From NCBI GenBank assembly GCA_030038535.1, contig JASHSV010000239.1, positions 1,543 to 65,542 of the forward strand: DNA of 64,000 nucleotides, written 5' to 3'. A program made the position numbers and the translations under genes. The DNA comes from Candidatus Acidiferrales bacterium (GTDB lineage: Bacteria; Acidobacteriota; Terriglobia; Acidiferrales; UBA7541). The notes under the pieces were generated by a model. It was given only the letters and a program-made list of their open reading frames with translations, searched no databases and was not told the DNA's origin. Shown here in pieces: positions 19,033 through 27,786 of the stretch (the first letter of the stretch is position 1; the number at the start of each line of letters is the position of its first letter).

Positions 19033-20192
19033 CGGCGGCTCATCAGGCTTTCGCGCAGTTCCGCACTCGTGGCCAGATCGATGCACGTCCACGCCATGGC
19101 CATGGCGCCGTCTTCGAGCGCCTTGTCCGCCTCCGCCGTCACGCAGTGTGCCGTAAATTCCGGCTGATGATTCACCGCCGGCAGCGAGTTGATTCCGATC
19201 ATGGGATGGATCGACGGAACCGCCAGCGACACATTGCCCATGTCCGTCGAGCCGCTCGGCCGCGTTTCCCATTCGCCCAGGTTCGGAAATGAACGCCCCA
19301 GCGCTTCCGAGTTCTTGCGGTAAATTGCCGCGATGGCCTCGTCGTGTTTCATTTCCGCGTAGGGTTTGTCCCCGCCGGTGATTTCCAGCTTCGCGCCCGT
19401 GGCCAGCGCTCCGGCCTCAAAGCAGCGGTACACGCGCGGCCGCAGCTCCGCGAGCTGCTCGAGCGTCTCCGAGCGGATGATGTAACGCGCCGAAGTGTGC
19501 GCCGGGATCACGTTCGGGGCTACGCCGCCCTTCGTCACGATCCCGTGAATCCGGTCCGTCCCGCGGATGTGCTGCCGCAGCAGCCCCAGCGCCGTCTGTG
19601 CAATGGTCAACGCGTCCGCCGCGTTCACGCCCAGTTCTGGGAACGCCGACGCGTGTGATTCCTTTCCCGTGCAGTGCACCTCAAACATCGAGGCGGCGAT
19701 GATTCTCGCCTTCATCATGTCGAACGGCGCGGGATGCACCATCATCGCGGCGTGGATGCCGTCGAATCCGCCGCGCTCGAGCAGCAGAATTTTTCCGCTC
19801 GCGTTGCCCACCTCTTCTGCCGGCGTGCCCAGTACGCTCACCGTCAGGCCCACCTCGTCCGCCACTCGGGCGGCCGCCAGCGCCGCGCCCACCGCCGAGG
19901 CCGCAATGATGTTGTGCCCGCAGGCGTGCCCGATTCCCGGCAGCGAATCGTATTCGGCGCAGATGCCGACGTGCAGCGGGCCCGACCCCGCCCGCGCGCG
20001 AAACGCCGTGGGCACCTCGCAAACGCCCTTCTCCACTTCGAATCCCGCGTCTGCCAAGGCCTCGCACAGCCACGCCGAGGCCTGCTCCTCTTCGAATCCG
20101 ACTTCGGGGTGCGCGTGAATCCGATGGCTCAGCGCCACCAGCGCGTCGCGTGCGCTGCTAAATCGCTCTTGCGCTCCGGTTTTCGCGTCCAT
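19029..20192 (-). CDS. M20-family amidohydrolase (hippurate hydrolase/AbgB-like)
   Basis: 387 aa with the motifs HAHPEVGFEE, GHACGHN and MMVHP, typical of M20D peptidases. Confidence 0.85.
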   Translation of the reverse strand: MDAKTGAQERFSSARDALVALSHRIHAHPEVGFEEEQASAWLCEALADAGFEVEKGVCEVPTAFRARAGSGPLHVGICAEYDSLPGIGHACGHNIIAASAVGAALAAARVADEVGLTVSVLGTPAEEVGNASGKILLLERGGFDGIHAAMMVHPAPFDMMKARIIAASMFEVHCTGKESHASAFPELGVNAADALTIAQTALGLLRQHIRGTDRIHGIVTKGGVAPNVIPAHTSARYIIRSETLEQLAELRPRVYRCFEAGALATGAKLEITGGDKPYAEMKHDEAIAAIYRKNSEALGRSFPNLGEWETRPSGSTDMGNVSLAVPSIHPMIGINSLPAVNHQPEFTAHCVTAEADKALEDGAMAMAWTCIDLATSAELRESLMSRR

Positions 20193-20334
20193 AGGCTGCT
20201 TCTCCCTGGGATGGTCCTGCGCCGGTCAGAATAACACGGCGGTCCGCATGGAAACCGCTGGCGCCGCACCCCGCCGCCCAGAAGCTTCTGCACCGGAATG
20301 CCTGTCCCGCTCGGCACTGTGCTACTGTGGCGCC

Positions 20335-20712
20335 ATGATTGTTGGCCTCGGAATCGACATCGCGGAAATCGACCGCATCGAAGCCGCCATCCGCCGATAC
20401 GGGGACCATTTCGTCCAGCGCCTGTTCACGCCTTCCGAAATCGAATACTGCGAAGCCCACAGGAACCGCTACGAGCGCTATGCGGGAAGATTCGCCGTAA
20501 AAGAGGCGGCCATGAAAGCCCTCGGCACCGGATGGCGCCGCGGCGTTCGCTGGACGGACTTTGAAGTGGCTCGCGAGCCCTCCGGCAAACCCACGTTGCG
20601 CCTCGCCGGCCGCGCCGCAGAGTTCGCCACTCAGCTCGGCGTCCGCCACATTGCCGTCTCGATTACCCATTCCGGGAAGACAGCCCTAGCCGAAGTAGTA
20701 TTTGAAAATTGA
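20335..20712 (+). CDS. acpS: holo-[acyl-carrier-protein] synthase
   Basis: The inner ATG at 20335 gives MIVGLGIDIAEIDRI...FAVKEAAMKALG...ISITHS, the canonical AcpS sequence at 125 aa. Confidence 0.9.
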   Translation: MIVGLGIDIAEIDRIEAAIRRYGDHFVQRLFTPSEIEYCEAHRNRYERYAGRFAVKEAAMKALGTGWRRGVRWTDFEVAREPSGKPTLRLAGRAAEFATQLGVRHIAVSITHSGKTALAEVVFEN

Positions 20713-20783
20713 AGATCGGAAGCCGTCAGCGAGTGGCCCGCGTCCGTACACGGCTTTCGTTTGCCTTGTTGTAGGAAGGGCGC

Positions 20784-22166
20784 TCAGGCGGGCATTAGAT
20801 TCGCAGCAACCTCTCCGCTCAGCTCCGCACCCTCGGCCGACAGTCTCACATCGAGCCAGGTATTTCGCGCCCAGCACCCCGGCACGCGCACATGCAAATA
20901 ATTTCCCGTCAACGCGCTCGTCCAAATCCTCCCATCTGCGTCCCTTGCCTGCCGCTCCAGCGTCAGCGCGCGTTGCCGCGTTCCGATCTGTGCCGCTCGA
21001 AATTTCGCCGCCTTCCGCGCCGACAGCGCGCGCAGTTCGCGCGCGCGCTCGTGAATCGTCGCCGGCGGCACAGTGACCGCCATCGCCGCAGCCCCCGTTC
21101 CCGGCCGGCTCGAGTACGAAAAAACATGCAGATACGCGAACGGCAGCCCTTCGGTAAACTCCAGCGTACGTTTGTGATCTTCGGGAGTCTCCCCCGGAAA
21201 ACCGCAGATCACGTCCGCGCCAATCCCCACACCATCAAGACGCTCGGCCGCCAGCCGGATTCTCTCCGCGTAGTGCGCGGCGCGATACCACCGATGCATC
21301 GCAGCCAGCATCCGGTCGGAGCCCGATTGCAGCGGCACGTGGAAATGCGGCGCGATTCGTCCCTCGTGGCCGGCCACCAACTCCACCAGATCGAGCGTCA
21401 CGTCCATCGGCTCGATGGAACTGAGCCGCAGTCGTTCGACCGGCGTCTCATTCACCAGCCGCTCCAGCAAATCGCGCAAGCCTGCGCGCGGAGTCAGGTC
21501 GCGTCCGTACGCGCCCAGATTGATTCCGCTCAGCACCACTTCGCGCGCCCCCGCGGCCACGAGGGCGCACATTTCCTCGACGACGCGCTCCGGCGGCAGG
21601 CTCCGGCTGCGCCCGCGAACAAACGGAATCACGCAGTACGCGCAGCGGTTGTTGCATCCATCCTGAATCTTCAGCACCGGACGCGTCCGCGTCCCGTTTC
21701 TGGCGGCGGACGCAAGAACCACGTCTTCAGCCTCGAAAATATCGCCCGTCATAATCTTCGGGGCGCTATCGAAGGGCATATGATGAGCGCTTGAAAGTTC
21801 CCCTACAGGCACGAAACTGTTTTCACTTTCCGCGCCGCACAGCAACTCCCCAATCCGCCTCTGGTGCGAATTCCCCACGACCCACGCCACGCCGGGAAGC
21901 GCGGCCAGTTCTTCCGGCGCGCGCTGCGCATAGCATCCCGTGGCCAGAATCCGGGCCGAAGGATTCTCGCGCCGTGCGCGGCGAATCGCCTCGCGCGCCT
22001 GTGCGTCCGCCGCGGCCGTCACGGTGCACGTGTTGAACACCAGCACATCGGCCTCCGCAGACGAGGCCACTCGCTCGAGCCCGCGTTCCACGAGCTGCGC
22101 CTCGATTGCCGCGGCATCCGCCTGCGTCGCCCGGCACCCGAAGTTTTCCATCCAGTAGCTTCTCAT
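20784..22166 (-). CDS. mtaB: MiaB/MtaB-family tRNA methylthiotransferase (probably MtaB)
   Basis: The N-terminal UPF0004 domain has FGCRATQADA. The radical SAM motif is GCNNRCAYCVIPFVRG. A C-terminal TRAM-like region is present. Confidence 0.85.
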   Translation of the reverse strand: MRSYWMENFGCRATQADAAAIEAQLVERGLERVASSAEADVLVFNTCTVTAAADAQAREAIRRARRENPSARILATGCYAQRAPEELAALPGVAWVVGNSHQRRIGELLCGAESENSFVPVGELSSAHHMPFDSAPKIMTGDIFEAEDVVLASAARNGTRTRPVLKIQDGCNNRCAYCVIPFVRGRSRSLPPERVVEEMCALVAAGAREVVLSGINLGAYGRDLTPRAGLRDLLERLVNETPVERLRLSSIEPMDVTLDLVELVAGHEGRIAPHFHVPLQSGSDRMLAAMHRWYRAAHYAERIRLAAERLDGVGIGADVICGFPGETPEDHKRTLEFTEGLPFAYLHVFSYSSRPGTGAAAMAVTVPPATIHERARELRALSARKAAKFRAAQIGTRQRALTLERQARDADGRIWTSALTGNYLHVRVPGCWARNTWLDVRLSAEGAELSGEVAANLMPA

Positions 22167-22311
22167 GGGACGAGTAAAGAGTACCCGCCGCTCAGTATAG
22201 CAATCCCGCTCCCATCATTCTGCAGCCGCTCATTTACATGCGCGGGCCTTTGGGTGGAAGATGCACCCTCACTTCACCGCCGGGTTCGCTCGGCCGACAC
22301 AGGAGGAGAGC

Positions 22312-22824
22312 ATGCTGATCCGATTCGTTTCCAGCCGCTGGTGGATGGGCGCCGTTCTGGCCGCTCTAGTGGTCCCCATCACCGTGGCGCAGCCAGAAAG
22401 TTCATCGCGAAGCCTCGGGCCGAATCCCGCGGCGCAATCGCCCAACCTCAATCCCGCCGCCATTGCCTGGACGCTGCCCGACAAAATCCAGTGGCACGAC
22501 GATCCCATGGGGCTGAAATCCGCGGTGATGTACGGCGATCCATCCAAGCCGGGACTGTACATCATGCTGGTCAAATGGCTGCCGGGCCACATGAGCCATC
22601 CCCACTTTCATCCCAACGACCGTTTTATCACCGTGCTTTCGGGCACATGGTGGGTCGGCACGGGCACCAAATTCGATCCAAATGCCACCGTTCCGCTTCC
22701 CGCCGGCACGTTTGTCACGCACTTCGGCAAACAGATTCACTACGACGGAGCGAAGGACGTGGAAGCCGTCCTCGAAATCGTGGGCGAAGGACCAGGAACC
22801 GCAACGCCCGCAGAGGTGAAGTAG
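22312..22824 (+). CDS. secreted cupin-domain protein
   Basis: AGGAGGA sits upstream of the ATG at 22312. The signal-like N-terminus is MLIRFVSSRWWMGAVLAALVVPITVAQP and the cupin His motif is GHMSHPHFHPNDRF. Confidence 0.7.
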   Translation: MLIRFVSSRWWMGAVLAALVVPITVAQPESSSRSLGPNPAAQSPNLNPAAIAWTLPDKIQWHDDPMGLKSAVMYGDPSKPGLYIMLVKWLPGHMSHPHFHPNDRFITVLSGTWWVGTGTKFDPNATVPLPAGTFVTHFGKQIHYDGAKDVEAVLEIVGEGPGTATPAEVK

Positions 22825-22918
22825 TATCCGCTACAAGCAGTGAGATTGATTTGCAGTCCCGCGGTCCCGAGACTTCGGAGATCGAATGCACCGATCAGCG
22901 CTGGTTGGGTACCGAGGC

Positions 22919-23353
22919 TCAGTGCTGCGGAAACATCATCGCTTCCAACAGGTCCGCGCGCTCCTTGTGATCGTTGACGATTACGCGCAGCAAGTCCTGC
23001 ACGGAAAGCATGCCGAGGAATTTGCCTTTGTCGTCCTGCACCACGAGGTGAAAGATCCCGTTCTTCTCCATCAGCCGCACGCACTCATCGAGCGGAGTGT
23101 CCAGGGGCACGGAGACTAGCTCCACCGTCATGATCTCCGTGATGCGCATCCACGCCGGGCATTTGTTTTCCGCGGCCACTTTGTCCGACATGTCCGCCTG
23201 GGAAACCACGCCCACCACGCACCCCTTCGCGTCCACGACGCCCACGGCGCGCACACCCTTCTCGCGAAGGTACCGCGCGACATCATGAACAGTGGCCTCT
23301 TGCGAAACGGAGTAAACGTCCTTGCGGGAGCCGAGCAGGTTACGCACGTTCAT
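22919..23353 (-). CDS. CBS-domain pair protein
   Basis: GGAGG sits upstream of the ATG at 23353. It has two CBS motifs (AVGVVDAKGCVVGVVSQADM and FHLVVQDDKGKFLGMLSVQDL). Confidence 0.85.
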   Translation of the reverse strand: MNVRNLLGSRKDVYSVSQEATVHDVARYLREKGVRAVGVVDAKGCVVGVVSQADMSDKVAAENKCPAWMRITEIMTVELVSVPLDTPLDECVRLMEKNGIFHLVVQDDKGKFLGMLSVQDLLRVIVNDHKERADLLEAMMFPQH

Positions 23354-23558
23354 CGGGGCAACCTCCACGAGCCGTCACGCTTGCGAAAATAGTAAGCTGC
23401 GGACCGCTTCGCCGCAACCGCTTTCTCGAAGTGCTCCGGTTGAAATCGCCCTCAGTATGCCCAGCCCCGTGAGAGGCAGGGCTTTCATTCATTCCACTCG
23501 CGCTCGAAGGCACAAGCAGTGAACTCTTTCCACAGCCCGGGGCGCTCGCGGGTCGCGA

Positions 23559-23900
23559 TCAGGTGGCCGCAGGCTCGGCGCGGATGATGTCGTACTTCTC
23601 GATCATCGCGGCGACCCCAATGCGCTCTTCCTCGTCGCCCGGCTTTCTCTCCACACGCACGACCTTACCCTGCGCATGAATGAAGACTTCGGTCCCGCGT
23701 GTAATTTCGGCGGGCAATGTGAGCATGAAATCGAGAGTCGAGCCGGGCTCGAGTTGCTGATCCACCAGAAAATAGACGCCGCGCGTGGAAATGTCGCGGG
23801 TCTTCCCGTTTCGAGAATCGGCCGCTTTGCGTTCGGCTACCGCTCTCACCACCACGGGCAGGTTGAGCTCATACCTACGTGCTATACGGCGGTCCGTCAT
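23559..23900 (-). CDS. PilZ-domain protein (canonical c-di-GMP binding motifs)
   Basis: 113 aa with RRIARR (RxxxR) near the N-terminus and DISTRG (DxSxxG). Confidence 0.8.
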   Translation of the reverse strand: MTDRRIARRYELNLPVVVRAVAERKAADSRNGKTRDISTRGVYFLVDQQLEPGSTLDFMLTLPAEITRGTEVFIHAQGKVVRVERKPGDEEERIGVAAMIEKYDIIRAEPAAT

Positions 23901-23956
23901 GTCCCTTCCCCCTCAGAACCACGGATGCGAGCGACGGCCGGGCTAACTCGAGTGAT

Positions 23957-23972
23957 TGCAATCACAGTGCCA
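23957..23972 (-). promoter_or_regulatory. sigma-54 promoter (-24/-12) for the PilZ gene
   Basis: The minus strand reads TGGCAC-TGTGA-TTGCA, a perfect match to the consensus TGGCAC-N5-TTGCW. The -12 GC lies about 58 nt upstream of the ATG at 23900, and GAGGGGGAAGGG serves as the RBS. Confidence 0.7.
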
Positions 23973-23999
23973 GTTTCAGTCGCGACCTGCGGCTGACGC

Positions 24000-24023
24000 C
24001 GGCAAGGCTACTACAACTTGCCG
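24000..24023. promoter_or_regulatory. inverted repeat, possible activator binding site (UAS)
   Basis: CGGCAAG-N10-CTTGCCG is a perfect 7-bp inverted repeat. It lies about 30-50 bp upstream of the -24 box on the minus strand. Confidence 0.3.
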
Positions 24024-24230
24024 TAGGAAGTGCTCCAAAATCATGCGCTCCCAACCAACGGAAAACGAAGAGGTTACATCGCGGGTCAGGTAAGGATGGC
24101 CGTGGAGCCGACCCCGCTTTTCCACACACCGCCCCCGGACGTGTGGCCTGGCCGCTCAGCCTCCTTCCCGTCCCCGTGCTGCCCTCTGCTATCTCAATTG
24201 CCGGGAATATGCAATGGTTTTCACGCCCCG

Positions 24231-25679
24231 CTACGGCTCCCAGGTCGCGGGCGTAGCCACCCCTGAACGAGGCGACCGCCCCGTGTCCAGCTTGAACTGG
24301 CGCATCTTGTACAGCAGCGCCTTATAACTGATGCCCAGCAGGCGCGCTGCCTCTTTGCGGCTCCAGTTCGTTTTATCCAGCGCGTCGGCGATCGCTTCCA
24401 TCTCCGCCTCGGCCTTTAGGCTGCGCACCAACGCTTTCAAGCCCTGCTCCTTTGCGGGCGCGGGCTGCTGTCCGGGTGCGCTGTGTTGCCGGCCGGCCGC
24501 GATCTCTAGAAGCTCGCGGAAGCTGGCCTCGTTATCTTCCAGAATCACGTAGCGTTTCACGAAATTTTCCAGCTCGCGCAAATTCCCCGGCCAGGAATAG
24601 CGCATGGCCGCCTCCATCAGGTGCGAAGAGGGAGCGGGCGGCTGCTTCTGGAACTTTTCACTGTATTTATCCAGAAAATGCCGGAACAGCAGCGGAATCT
24701 CCGGCGTACGCTCCCGAAGCGGAGGCACGTGGATGGAGAATACGTTCAGCCGGTAATAGAGGTCCTCGCGGAAGCGTCCGGACTGGATGGCCTCGCGCAC
24801 GTTCACGTTGGTGGCCGCCAGTACGCGGACGTCCACATGCACCAGGGCGCGCCCGCCTAGCCGGGAATATTGCTGGTCCTGCAAAACGTGCAGCAACTTG
24901 GCCTGGAGTTGAGGGCTCATCTCCGCGATCTCGTCCAGAAAGATTGTGCCTTTGCTGGCCAGTTCGAATTTGCCGGGCTTGGAGCGGAGCGCCCCGGTGA
25001 AGGCGCCCTGCTCGTAGCCGAACAGTTCCGATTCGAGCAGCTCACTCGGCAGCGCCGCGCAGTTCACTTTGAGGAAGGGCTGTGCCGCGCGCGCGGATCG
25101 CAGATGCACCATCCGCGCCACTACTTCCTTGCCCACTCCGCTCTCCCCGTAGATGAATATGGGCACGTCCACCGGCGCGATTTGAAGCACCTGCTGGCGA
25201 ATCTTCACCATCTGCGGGCTGGCTGCCAGGAAGGTCAGATCCTCGGTCAGATTCTCCACGTATTCCCGCAACGCCGTATTCTCGGCGCGGAGTTCCCGCT
25301 TTTTGTGGCACTTCAGAATGGCGGCATCGAGCTCCGATTTTTCAAATGGCTTGGTCAGGTAGTCCTGGGCCCCCATGCGGATCGCCTCCACCACCGTAGC
25401 CACCTCGTTCGAACAGGAAAGCATCACCACGTTCAGGTTGGGGTCCATCTGCATGAGCTGCTTCAGCGTCTCCAGGCCGTCCATTTCCGGCATGAGCACA
25501 TCCAGAATGATCAGGTCCGGCCGCGCCCCGCGGCCAATCAGCTCCAGCGCGCTTTTCCCGGAGCCGACGGCGTCCACGTCGTGGCCTTCGACTTCAAGCA
25601 GCGTCTGCAGGTATTTCCGGATGCTTGGCTCGTCGTCCACCACCAGAATCCGGTCTCTCGTTTCGGTTGCTGTGTTCAT
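24231..25679 (-). CDS. sigma-54-dependent response regulator (NtrC family: REC - AAA+ - Fis-type HTH)
   Basis: The receiver has ILVVDDEPSI...IILDVLMPEMDG. The AAA+ domain has GESGVGKE, an intact GAFTGA, FLDEI and WPGNLRELEN. The C-terminal HTH is AARLLGISYKALLYKM. The ATG at 25679 has a GAGGATGAGGGA RBS, and an alternative GTG lies at 25697. Confidence 0.9.
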   Translation of the reverse strand: MNTATETRDRILVVDDEPSIRKYLQTLLEVEGHDVDAVGSGKSALELIGRGARPDLIILDVLMPEMDGLETLKQLMQMDPNLNVVMLSCSNEVATVVEAIRMGAQDYLTKPFEKSELDAAILKCHKKRELRAENTALREYVENLTEDLTFLAASPQMVKIRQQVLQIAPVDVPIFIYGESGVGKEVVARMVHLRSARAAQPFLKVNCAALPSELLESELFGYEQGAFTGALRSKPGKFELASKGTIFLDEIAEMSPQLQAKLLHVLQDQQYSRLGGRALVHVDVRVLAATNVNVREAIQSGRFREDLYYRLNVFSIHVPPLRERTPEIPLLFRHFLDKYSEKFQKQPPAPSSHLMEAAMRYSWPGNLRELENFVKRYVILEDNEASFRELLEIAAGRQHSAPGQQPAPAKEQGLKALVRSLKAEAEMEAIADALDKTNWSRKEAARLLGISYKALLYKMRQFKLDTGRSPRSGVATPATWEP

Positions 25680-25698
25680 TCCCTCATCCTCGCTCACG

Positions 25699-26919
25699 CT
25701 AGTCCAGATTCGTGGGCAAAATCAATTTCACCGTGCATCCCCGCCCTACTTCGCTCTCCACCCAGATCTTTCCTCGATGGGCTTGCACCAAACGCTTGCT
25801 GATCGCCAGTCCCAGCCCCATCCCGGAAGACGACCGGTCCACACGCACGAAATCTTCGAAGATCTCCTGATGATGCTCCGCGGCGATTCCCGGCCCGGAA
25901 TCCAAAACGGAGATCAGCACGCTGTTTACGGAGTTCTCCGGCCCACGACGGCGCTCCACGTGCGGCGCCACGCTGGCCGCGCGCCGTTCCCAGAAATGCG
26001 GCTCGGCCGCGAGGGCCACGTGCCCTCCCGGAGGCGTATGTTTCAGCGCGTTATCCAGAAGATTCGCCACAGTCTGCTGCACTTTCTGGTAGTCGAAACG
26101 GAAAGGCCTCAGCCGGCTCGATAGCTGCGTCTCCAGCCTCACCTGACGGCGCGCAAACGCATCGCTCCACAGCGTGGCCAGCTCGGTGAGGCACTCGCTC
26201 GCGTCGTTCTCCAGCAGATGCAACACCAGCTTGCCACTCTCCAGGGCGGAGTAATTCAGGAACATGGAAACCAGCCGCACCAGCCGGTCGCAACTCTCTT
26301 TGGATTCGCTGAGTATGTCCCTCTGTTTCTCACCCAGTTTTCCCAGCGAACCGGAGAGCAGCAAATCGTAGTAGCCCTTCATCACCGCCAAGGGCGTCTT
26401 CAACTCGTGCGCCGCAGAGGCCAGAAAGACCGTCTTTTGCCGATTCACTTCCTGAAGCCGAAGGTAGGCGGCGAGCAGATTGCGGTACGTTACTTCGCGT
26501 TCCTGCAACAGATCGCCGAGTGTCTGCTGCAGTGCTGCGTCCTCGCTCGCTGCGTTTTCAGGCGACGCTTCCAGCGTCACGGCCACCCAGCCGGCTTCAG
26601 CGATCCAGTGAATCCGCGCGTGTGCCGGCTTTCCTTTGGCGTCTGCCAACGGCAGATTCACCTCGCGCTCGCCACTCCGCATCTGTTCCAGCACAGCCCC
26701 CGGAGCCACGCGGAAAACCTCGGTGAAAAGGTTTGTTCCCTTCCGCGCTTTCAGGCCGCGCGCTTTGAGGAATCGTTCCACAGCAGCGTTCTTGGCGCAC
26801 ACCCTGCCGGATTCGTCTGCCAGGAGCAGCGGCTGTTCGACACAGTTCAAAATCGCGCAAACGATTGACAACGGCAGCGACATTCGTACTGGCTGGTCGA
26901 GTGTGGTCGTGCGTTCCAT
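25699..26919 (-). CDS. cytoplasmic sensor histidine kinase (PAS-like N-terminus, HisKA, HATPase)
   Basis: The H-box is AAHELKTPLAVMKGY and the ATPase boxes are DSGPGI and GMGLGLAI. No clear TM segments are visible. It lies immediately upstream of the NtrC-type regulator. Confidence 0.85.
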   Translation of the reverse strand: MERTTTLDQPVRMSLPLSIVCAILNCVEQPLLLADESGRVCAKNAAVERFLKARGLKARKGTNLFTEVFRVAPGAVLEQMRSGEREVNLPLADAKGKPAHARIHWIAEAGWVAVTLEASPENAASEDAALQQTLGDLLQEREVTYRNLLAAYLRLQEVNRQKTVFLASAAHELKTPLAVMKGYYDLLLSGSLGKLGEKQRDILSESKESCDRLVRLVSMFLNYSALESGKLVLHLLENDASECLTELATLWSDAFARRQVRLETQLSSRLRPFRFDYQKVQQTVANLLDNALKHTPPGGHVALAAEPHFWERRAASVAPHVERRRGPENSVNSVLISVLDSGPGIAAEHHQEIFEDFVRVDRSSSGMGLGLAISKRLVQAHRGKIWVESEVGRGCTVKLILPTNLD

Positions 26920-27208
26920 ATCCGAGGAATGCCTTAAACACTAGTGACGCAGATCTTTCATTGATTTGCCATGCTGTCAGTGCCTTAGCTAGGGGTCAAT
27001 AGGAAAGGAGTCCTAGCTTGCACATAATGGGAAATCCTGGGTAGCGGCGAGAAAATTGGCTTTCTCATAGCGGCGTCGTGTGACCCAGCTGTCGCTATAA
27101 ATACATGATTGTAAATCAGTTAGCAAGTAGTGCCGAAGCCCTCCACCTCATCTCCCTTTCCCTCTTAATTGCGTGAATCCTGGTGTTGGGGGGTACTATC
27201 CCCTGGCC

Positions 27209-27557
27209 ATGAGCCAGGGTACCAGTATCGGGCGTGAGCCGAAGCCTGCGGACAGAAGGCGGTCGCAGCGCTTGCCTTTGCAGGTCCCCATTTTTGTGCG
27301 CGGCCTGGACGACCTTGGCGACGAGTTTCTGGATTTGACGAAAACGCTGAATATCACCGCAATTGGTGCGTGCTTGGCAAGCCCGCGTTCCCTCCGTCTG
27401 AACCAGCTTTTATCCTTGAGGATCCCCGCACCCTCCCCGTCCTCTACGGGGGTTGATTCCCGTGGCCTCATCCTCCATCGGTGCCCGTGTGCTGCGCGAG
27501 CTTCCCGTCGGTGAGCTCCATGTGGTGGCGGTGGAGTTCCTTAGGCCGCTGACTTGA
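27209..27557 (+). pseudogene. PilZ-domain gene interrupted by a +1 frame change (paralog of 57942..58301)
   Basis: Frame A (27209..27514) encodes RRRSQRLPLQVPIFVRG...TKTLNITAIGACLAS and then non-PilZ sequence. Frame B is open from 27420 to the TGA at 27555-27557 and encodes SSSIGARVLRELPVGELHVVAVEFLRPLT, which matches the C-terminus of the paralog (ACRVVYAKPMTGNVRAVGVEFLKPS). C- and G-homopolymer runs lie at 27424-27452. Confidence 0.6.
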
Positions 27558-27663
27558 GGGAAAATCCCTTCCCTCGAGTCGCGCGAGCCGCAAGAGAAAG
27601 AAAGTTCACATTACGAGGGAATTCGTTTTCCACTACTAAACTGTGGAATCCATTGAGCATAGA

Positions 27664-27692
27664 TTGACATGTGGTACGCGATTCTCTAGGAT
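27664..27692 (+). promoter_or_regulatory. possible sigma-70-type promoter
   Basis: TTGACA-N17-TAGGAT lies about 95 nt upstream of the GGDEF-PilZ start. Confidence 0.3.
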
Positions 27693-27726
27693 GCGCCTGC
27701 GGCTATGCTTTGGGCCGCTCGACGGT

Positions 27727-27742
27727 TGGAACGCCACGTGCT
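27727..27742 (+). promoter_or_regulatory. candidate sigma-54 promoter upstream of the GGDEF-PilZ gene
   Basis: TGGAAC-GCCAC-GTGCT has correct GG-N10-GC spacing with one mismatch in each box. It lies 45 nt upstream of the GTG at 27787. Confidence 0.35.
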
Positions 27743-27786
27743 TTTATCCGGCTAGAGGGCCCTGGGCCGGAACACGGATATCTTAG

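Noticed and set aside
20091-20099. TTCGAATCC, a tRNA T-loop-like string. GGGTTCAGTCC at about 59613 is a similar case.
   Set aside because: The flanking bases do not form T-arm or acceptor stems. The first lies inside the amidohydrolase CDS. I could fold no tRNA anywhere in the window.
23449-23490. Imperfect hairpin GCCCAGCC...GGCAGGGC followed by a T-rich stretch between the CBS and PilZ genes.
   Set aside because: The stem has a mismatch, and its orientation (plus strand) does not fit the minus-strand genes that flank it.
27057-27071. TGGCTT-N5-TAGC sigma-54-like element upstream of the frameshifted PilZ gene.
   Set aside because: The spacing is correct, but both boxes are weak (only GG and GC are conserved). 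It cannot be distinguished from chance.
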